This document shows, piece after piece, positions 59,155-64,000 of a DNA stretch of 64,000 nucleotides. The notes beneath the pieces are model-generated. The model did no database searches, was not told where the DNA came from, and saw only the letters and a program-made list of their open reading frames with translations. Made by a program: the position numbers and the translations under genes. The first letter of the stretch is position 1. The number at the start of each line of letters is the position of its first letter. The stretch covers positions 18,055 through 82,054 of the forward strand of contig NZ_PVNL01000139.1 in assembly GCF_002994635.1 (NCBI RefSeq), written 5' to 3'. This stretch comes from Enhygromyxa salina (GTDB lineage: Bacteria > Myxococcota_A > Polyangia > Nannocystales > Nannocystaceae).

Positions 59155-60065
59155 CGCAGCGATCCGAGGTAGTCGCGCTCGAAGATCGCCAGGACCGCGG
59201 CGCGCTGCGGCGCCGACAGCTGACGCAGGTACGCCTCGTCCCCAAACGCATACTCGATGCTCCGCCACGTCGCCGCCAGCGCGGGCGCCCGCTGCTTGAG
59301 CGTGAGGCTGAGCGAGGCCTCGACGCTCTCGACCCAGTGCCAGATCGGGTTGGGCATGAACAGCGCCTGCCCGGGCTCGAGCTCGACCTCCCAGCAGTGC
59401 GAGCCCGCGAAGTTGGGATACTGCTCGAGGTCGACGCCCGGGAGATCGATGACCTGGGAGCTGCGCGTGCGCCAGTCAGTGACCGGGAAGGGGTAGAGAT
59501 CGGCGGTGATCGGCGCGAGCACGACCCGCTTGCGACCCTGGAGCTGGACCAGGAAGCCCGGGGTCTGGTCGTAGTGCAGCGTCGTGATCGCGCCGGCTTG
59601 CGACAGCCAAGCGCCCTGATCTTCGCAGCCGTCCATTGGCGCGGGCAGTGATCCGAGCTGAGCGCGGAGCTCGGCGTGGACCCGACCGCAATACCAATAG
59701 ACGACCTCACCGGGCGCGACGAGGGGCGGGCGCGCGCCCGGGTTGGTGATCCGGTCGATGATCTCGGGCAGCGGGAGCACGAACGAGTGGTAGCGACCCT
59801 CGGGCTGCGAGCGCTCCGACGGCGCGCGGTGGGGATCGAGGCGTGCGTCGTTGAGGTACAAGAAGGCGCCGCTCGGGCTGACCCAGCACTCTTCTCGCCA
59901 GTCACGCAGCCAGGCCTCGAGGTGGGTGAATTCCAGCGCCACGTTGTCGCGGCGCGAGACCTCTACCACGTAGGGCTCGCCGGCGACGGCGAACGCTTCG
60001 TGTCGCTCGCCAGCTTGCTCGACGTCGAGGATCGAGACCGCGCGGGTTTCACCAAACGCTCGCAT
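59151..60065 (-). CDS. JmjC/cupin_8-like hydroxylase
   Basis: Starts MRAFGETRAV. TLHYDQTPGFLVQLQGRKRVVL ... MPNPIWHWVES. Confidence 0.65.
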   Translation of the reverse strand: MRAFGETRAVSILDVEQAGERHEAFAVAGEPYVVEVSRRDNVALEFTHLEAWLRDWREECWVSPSGAFLYLNDARLDPHRAPSERSQPEGRYHSFVLPLPEIIDRITNPGARPPLVAPGEVVYWYCGRVHAELRAQLGSLPAPMDGCEDQGAWLSQAGAITTLHYDQTPGFLVQLQGRKRVVLAPITADLYPFPVTDWRTRSSQVIDLPGVDLEQYPNFAGSHCWEVELEPGQALFMPNPIWHWVESVEASLSLTLKQRAPALAATWRSIEYAFGDEAYLRQLSAPQRAAVLAIFERDYLGSLR

Positions 60066-60166
60066 GCCAGCGATTCGAATGATCGAGCATCGAGTCGGCA
60101 GAGTCAAACTCGACGACGACGATCGCCGCTTCTCCGCTACTCTCGGTCGACTCTCGCCGTCGGCAC

Positions 60167-61945
60167 ATGCTCGATCCCACCTTACAAGTCTGCTCCATTG
60201 ACGGGGTCTGCTACCTCGTCTTCGACGATCGCGTGCTCGTCGTCGAAGGGGTATCGGCTGACGCGCTGCGGCGAGCGCTACGACGACCCGAAGCCGAGCT
60301 CGACACCGACCTGCGAGCGGTGCTCGAGGTGTCGGCCGAGCAGCACGCCGAGGGCAGCGCACCCTGGGCTGGGGCTTGGGTTGGGACTCGCCGCGGGCCC
60401 GTGCTCGCCGCTCGCGTCACCGTGCTCGGTGACGGACGGCTCGCCCGCTGCGTGGCTGACGAGCTCACCCGCGCGGGCGCTCGGGTGCTGACCAGGCCCG
60501 ACGCGGGGCCCGAAGCAGCGGGCCTCGAGCTCGACGTCGACCTGGTGTTTTGCTGCCTCGAGGGCGCGTCGTACGAGCGCCTGCTCGCGCTCGAGCGGGC
60601 GGCCGCCCGCGCGACCTCGCCACTGGTGTTCATCACCGTCGGCGCCCAGGCGCTGAGCTTCGGCCCACGCGTTGGTGCTCGCTCGCGCGGGTGCCTGGCG
60701 TGCAGTCGCGGCGCGCTGCTGCCGATCCCCGCGCAGCTCGCCCAGAAGCTGCTTTCGCAGCTGCACACCCACACCCTCGACGACGGCGCCGCCGCGCAGA
60801 TGGTCGCCTGCGCCGCTGCGGCGCTCGCCGTGCGCGAGCTCGAGGGCCGGGCCCGCGAGTCCGACGAGACCGTCGTCGAGCTCGCGTGGACGGGTGAGCG
60901 CCAGCGTCACCACATCGCCTGCAGCTGCCACCCGACCCGCGCGGCGACCGATCCAACGACTCACACCGCACCCACCCGGTGCGCGACCGTCGAGCCGAGC
61001 CTGGCCTGGGCCGAACTCTCGCCGCGGCTGCAGGCGCTCGAGCTCGCGCTCGCGGGCCCCGATGACCGAGATCCGCTCGAGCTCCTCGACCCGGACGTGC
61101 CCGCGATGCTGCGCGAGCTCGTCGTCCGCCACGCCGACGATCTCGACCACGCGACTGGAAGCTTCCGCGCCCACCTCGAGGGCACCTGGCGCGCGCTCGT
61201 TGGATGGCGACAGCCGCGGATCGTCTGTCGCGCGGGCCTGTTTCACAGCTGCCTCGCGACCAGCTACTACGAGCGCGCGCTCTACCGCCCGTGGGAGCAG
61301 CGCGCCCTCGCCCGCGCCATCGGCCCCGAGGCGACGACGCTGGTCCACTTGTTCTGCACGATCGACCGCCCCGCCCTCCACGACGAGCTCGACGCGGTCG
61401 ACGAGCTGCCCGCTGCCGCCACGCCAGTTCGCAACCGCCACACGGGCGAGCGGGCGTTCGTCCCGGCCCGAGTCGTCGCCGCGCTGCTGCTGATCGAGAT
61501 CGCCAACGTCGCCGAGCAGTCCGGGGGCGACGACGGCATGCCGAGCGCGTGGATGGCCCGGGCCTCGCGCTGGACTCAATTGGCGACGCCGTGGCTCAGC
61601 CCCGCGCTGCCGATCTTCGATCGCGGCACGGCGCGGTTGTCCGAGACCGACGAGCGCGCGGCGATCGAGGCCTACCACGTAGCGATCGAAGTCCTCGAGC
61701 GTGACGCCGACGCGGCCCAGTCCGCGCTGACTCGCTGCGCCGCGCACAACCCCTGGGTCGCCGAGCCGTGGCTGCTCCAGGCCCTGCTCGCCGAGCGCCG
61801 CGCTGACCTGAGCGCGCGCACGCAGCTGCTCGACGCCGCCGAGTCGCGGCTCGCGAGCTGGCCGCTCGCGTGGGACAAGCGTTACCCCGGGACCCAGTGG
61901 CGGGCGCTGGCCCACGCGCTGCGGCGAGGTCCTACTCGGTCGTGA
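60167..61945 (+). CDS. putative RRE (PqqD-like) + E1/ThiF-like Rossmann domain protein with C-terminal helical domain
   Basis: N-terminus SIDGVCYLVFDDRVLVVEGVSADALRRAL is RRE-like. VTVLGDGRLARCVADELTRAGARV matches a Rossmann fold. CLACS. Confidence 0.45.
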   Translation: MLDPTLQVCSIDGVCYLVFDDRVLVVEGVSADALRRALRRPEAELDTDLRAVLEVSAEQHAEGSAPWAGAWVGTRRGPVLAARVTVLGDGRLARCVADELTRAGARVLTRPDAGPEAAGLELDVDLVFCCLEGASYERLLALERAAARATSPLVFITVGAQALSFGPRVGARSRGCLACSRGALLPIPAQLAQKLLSQLHTHTLDDGAAAQMVACAAAALAVRELEGRARESDETVVELAWTGERQRHHIACSCHPTRAATDPTTHTAPTRCATVEPSLAWAELSPRLQALELALAGPDDRDPLELLDPDVPAMLRELVVRHADDLDHATGSFRAHLEGTWRALVGWRQPRIVCRAGLFHSCLATSYYERALYRPWEQRALARAIGPEATTLVHLFCTIDRPALHDELDAVDELPAAATPVRNRHTGERAFVPARVVAALLLIEIANVAEQSGGDDGMPSAWMARASRWTQLATPWLSPALPIFDRGTARLSETDERAAIEAYHVAIEVLERDADAAQSALTRCAAHNPWVAEPWLLQALLAERRADLSARTQLLDAAESRLASWPLAWDKRYPGTQWRALAHALRRGPTRS

Positions 61946-62783
61946 CGAACTCGGGGTGGACGAGATCGAGCCAGTCGCGGTGGTCCTCCTCGACCCACAG
62001 CCTCAGGCCCTTCTTGTTGAGCTGGCGACCGGGGATCTCGCGACCGAAATTCGACAGGCAGTAGCGACACGCCTGCAGCGGCTTGGACGAGCGCAGGTAG
62101 GCCTCGAGCTGCTCGCGCAGCTCCGGGTTGGCGTGGAGCGCGATCGAGTCGGCCTCGCGATTGTCGAACTCGACGCCACATCGACGCAGGCGCGGCTGCA
62201 TCCACGGCGCGGGCGAGCACTTATAGTAGCGCCCCGCGTAGACCGTGTGGCACGACCACTCGTGGGTCTGGGGGCAATTGTCGTAGATCATCTGTACGCT
62301 CGCGTCGTCCTCGATCGCGTGATTGAGCACCGTGACCCGCATGTTCGGTGTGTCCTTGACGAACAGCTCGAAGCCGTGGGCCTCGGCCCGGGCCTCCACC
62401 TGCGCCCGGCTCATTCGATACTTGACGCCCGGATACACGCTCCACCACAGCCGATCGATCGAGGCCCAAAACGGCTCCGGGACGCGGTCGAGCAGCACGC
62501 CATTGGTCACTACCGTCACGCACTCCGCGATCGGCGAGGCCTTGGCGGTGGCGATGAACTCGAGCAGGTCGGGGTGCAGCAGTGGCTCGCCACCGAGCAG
62601 CTTGAGCTCGTGGGTCCGCATGACCCCGGCGAGCGCGTCGAGATCGCGGCAGAAGCTGGCGTGGTCCAGGAACGCCTTGGCCATCAGCGGCGAGGCGTGA
62701 TCGCAGCCGTAGCAGCTGAGGTTGCAGTGCTCGGTGAGGTTGAACTCGACCGAGGCGACGCGGAGGAGGGGCGCTGAAGTCAT
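61932..62783 (-). CDS. radical SAM enzyme
   Basis: CNLSCYGC (CxxxCxxC) 4Fe-4S binding motif plus additional Cys (CRYC). Confidence 0.75.
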   Translation of the reverse strand: MTSAPLLRVASVEFNLTEHCNLSCYGCDHASPLMAKAFLDHASFCRDLDALAGVMRTHELKLLGGEPLLHPDLLEFIATAKASPIAECVTVVTNGVLLDRVPEPFWASIDRLWWSVYPGVKYRMSRAQVEARAEAHGFELFVKDTPNMRVTVLNHAIEDDASVQMIYDNCPQTHEWSCHTVYAGRYYKCSPAPWMQPRLRRCGVEFDNREADSIALHANPELREQLEAYLRSSKPLQACRYCLSNFGREIPGRQLNKKGLRLWVEEDHRDWLDLVHPEFVTTE

Positions 62784-62795
62784 GACGGCTCGCGC

Positions 62796-64000
62796 TCAGG
62801 CAGGGGGGTGAGGCTCTTCGTTGCGTCCGAGAAAGATCGTCGTGTCGACGCTGCCCTCGACGCTGGCGACGAGACCCGCGTGGCAGCATCGCTGGATGAC
62901 CCCGAGGGCGTCGACGCTGTCGTCGACGAGCTCCGCGAGCGCGGCGTCGAGCTCGGTCAAGCTCAGCTCGCGCCCAGCGAGCGCGGCGTAGAGCGCCGCG
63001 AATCCTTCACTGACCTGCTTGGCGCTGGCCTGACCGCGGATCCACAGCAGGCAGCCGGGCCCGACCGACGCGGGCAGCGGGTGGACCTCGTAGGCCTCGC
63101 GGGGATGAAAGCGCACCCGGGCGCTCGCGGGCACATCGCCCGCGAGGATCCGGCCGTACCAGCCGCCGAGCTGCCGACGACGGCGGATCTCGTCGTTGAG
63201 CTGGCCGTATCCGCGGGTCAGGCGAGCCCGGTCCTCGGCTCCGAAGCCCCCGGCCGCCGTGAACGCGACGGTGTTGACCTGCTGGTGGGAGGCCGAGTCG
63301 TTGTCGCTGGTCGGACTGCGGTCGTAGAGAATCGTGAGCCCGAAGCGCTCTGGCTCGCGGCCCATCTCGGACGAGCTCGTCAGCGTGAAGTACGAGACAT
63401 TGAAGTAGCTGACCACGTCGGTGTAGCGGCTACAGAACGCGAGCACCTCCTCGGCCTCGGCAAGCGTCGTCGTGGGGATGTCGATGATGACGTTGACCAC
63501 GAGCTGCAGGCGATCACCCGCGTCGAGCTCGCGCACGGTCGCAAAGAAGCGCTCGATGTCGGCGCGCCGATAGCCCTTGGCGATGTAGTCGAGCAGGCGA
63601 TCGTTGGCGCTCTCCATCCCGATCGTCAGCGCCCACCTGGCGCTGCGAGTCATCGTGCGCAGGACCTCGAGGGTAAAGCGCGCGTCGATGTAGGCGTAGC
63701 ACCAGATCGAGATGTCTTCGATCCCCCGCTCACCCAGCGCGGCGCCGAGCTCGGCCGCGTGGCGGGGCGGGAGCGCGTCGGTGATCAGGTCGAACTGGCG
63801 AAAGCCCCGGCTACGAAAGTACGCGAGGTCGTCTGCGACGTCATCGCTGCTGCGCGGGCGATAGCGCGGATCGTCGCTGAGGTTGATATAGTCGCAAAAC
63901 GTGCACTTTCCCCAGTAGCAGCCCTTGCTGTGCAGGACCGAGAGCACCGTCGACTCACGCTGGTCGGCGGGCAGCTCGTAGCGAAAGTGGTCCTCCTTGC
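62796..64000 (-). CDS. B12-binding radical SAM enzyme (class B-like), N-terminus beyond the right edge
   Basis: CYWGKCTFCDY radical SAM motif. The reading frame stays open upstream through the window end. The M shown in the ORF track is an internal GTG. Confidence 0.7.
   Translation of the reverse strand, partial: KEDHFRYELPADQRESTVLSVLHSKGCYWGKCTFCDYINLSDDPRYRPRSSDDVADDLAYFRSRGFRQFDLITDALPPRHAAELGAALGERGIEDISIWCYAYIDARFTLEVLRTMTRSARWALTIGMESANDRLLDYIAKGYRRADIERFFATVRELDAGDRLQLVVNVIIDIPTTTLAEAEEVLAFCSRYTDVVSYFNVSYFTLTSSSEMGREPERFGLTILYDRSPTSDNDSASHQQVNTVAFTAAGGFGAEDRARLTRGYGQLNDEIRRRRQLGGWYGRILAGDVPASARVRFHPREAYEVHPLPASVGPGCLLWIRGQASAKQVSEGFAALYAALAGRELSLTELDAALAELVDDSVDALGVIQRCCHAGLVASVEGSVDTTIFLGRNEEPHPPA

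Overview
High-GC (about 70%) bacterial chromosome segment, probably from a myxobacterium. The taxonomic call is an inference from GC content, the many (DG)n/(TE)n-linker lipoproteins, Myxococcus-type cysteine-rich repeats and a plesiocin-like graspetide core (plesiocin was described from the myxobacterium Plesiocystis pacifica). The window is dense in secreted cysteine-rich proteins. It carries at least three ribosomally synthesised and post-translationally modified peptide (RiPP) loci. First, at 3.9-6.3 kb, a bufferin-like locus: a DUF692 (multinuclear non-heme iron oxidase, MNIO)-DUF2063 fusion divergent from a DUF2282 precursor. Second, at 42.2-47.5 kb, a plesiocin-like graspetide operon: precursor with four TTxxxxEE cores, ATP-grasp ligase, HlyD, C39-ABC exporter, HlyD, chained by ATGA start/stop overlaps. 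Third, at about 50-64 kb and running off the right edge, an apparently undescribed cluster and the most interesting object here. It holds a 51-aa precursor with a strong ribosome-binding site, a fused E1-like/YcaO cyclodehydratase, a SagB-type dehydrogenase, four canonical JmjC (HxD...H) hydroxylases plus another 2OG-oxygenase-like protein, an RRE/E1-like protein and two radical SAM enzymes, one of them B12-binding. Other notable genes are a bacterial major vault protein homolog, a cytochrome P450 fused to two cNMP-binding domains, a PHM/DBH-like copper monooxygenase lipoprotein, a fibrinogen-domain lipoprotein, two paralogous isochorismatase genes each followed by a conserved roughly 66-bp hairpin-prone element, an AlgI/AlgJ-like O-acyltransferase pair, and a degraded island (15.2-17.5 kb and 35.4-36.9 kb) with gene fragments, frameshifts and short duplications. 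Housekeeping genes include proS, nth, an MBL hydrolase, an NDH-2-like oxidoreductase, a NarL-type two-component pair and two M50 proteases. Many long ORFs in the six-frame track are antisense artefacts of high GC and were rejected. Coordinates I derived by hand between about 41 and 52 kb may be off by up to 2 nt; ORF-track coordinates were preferred.
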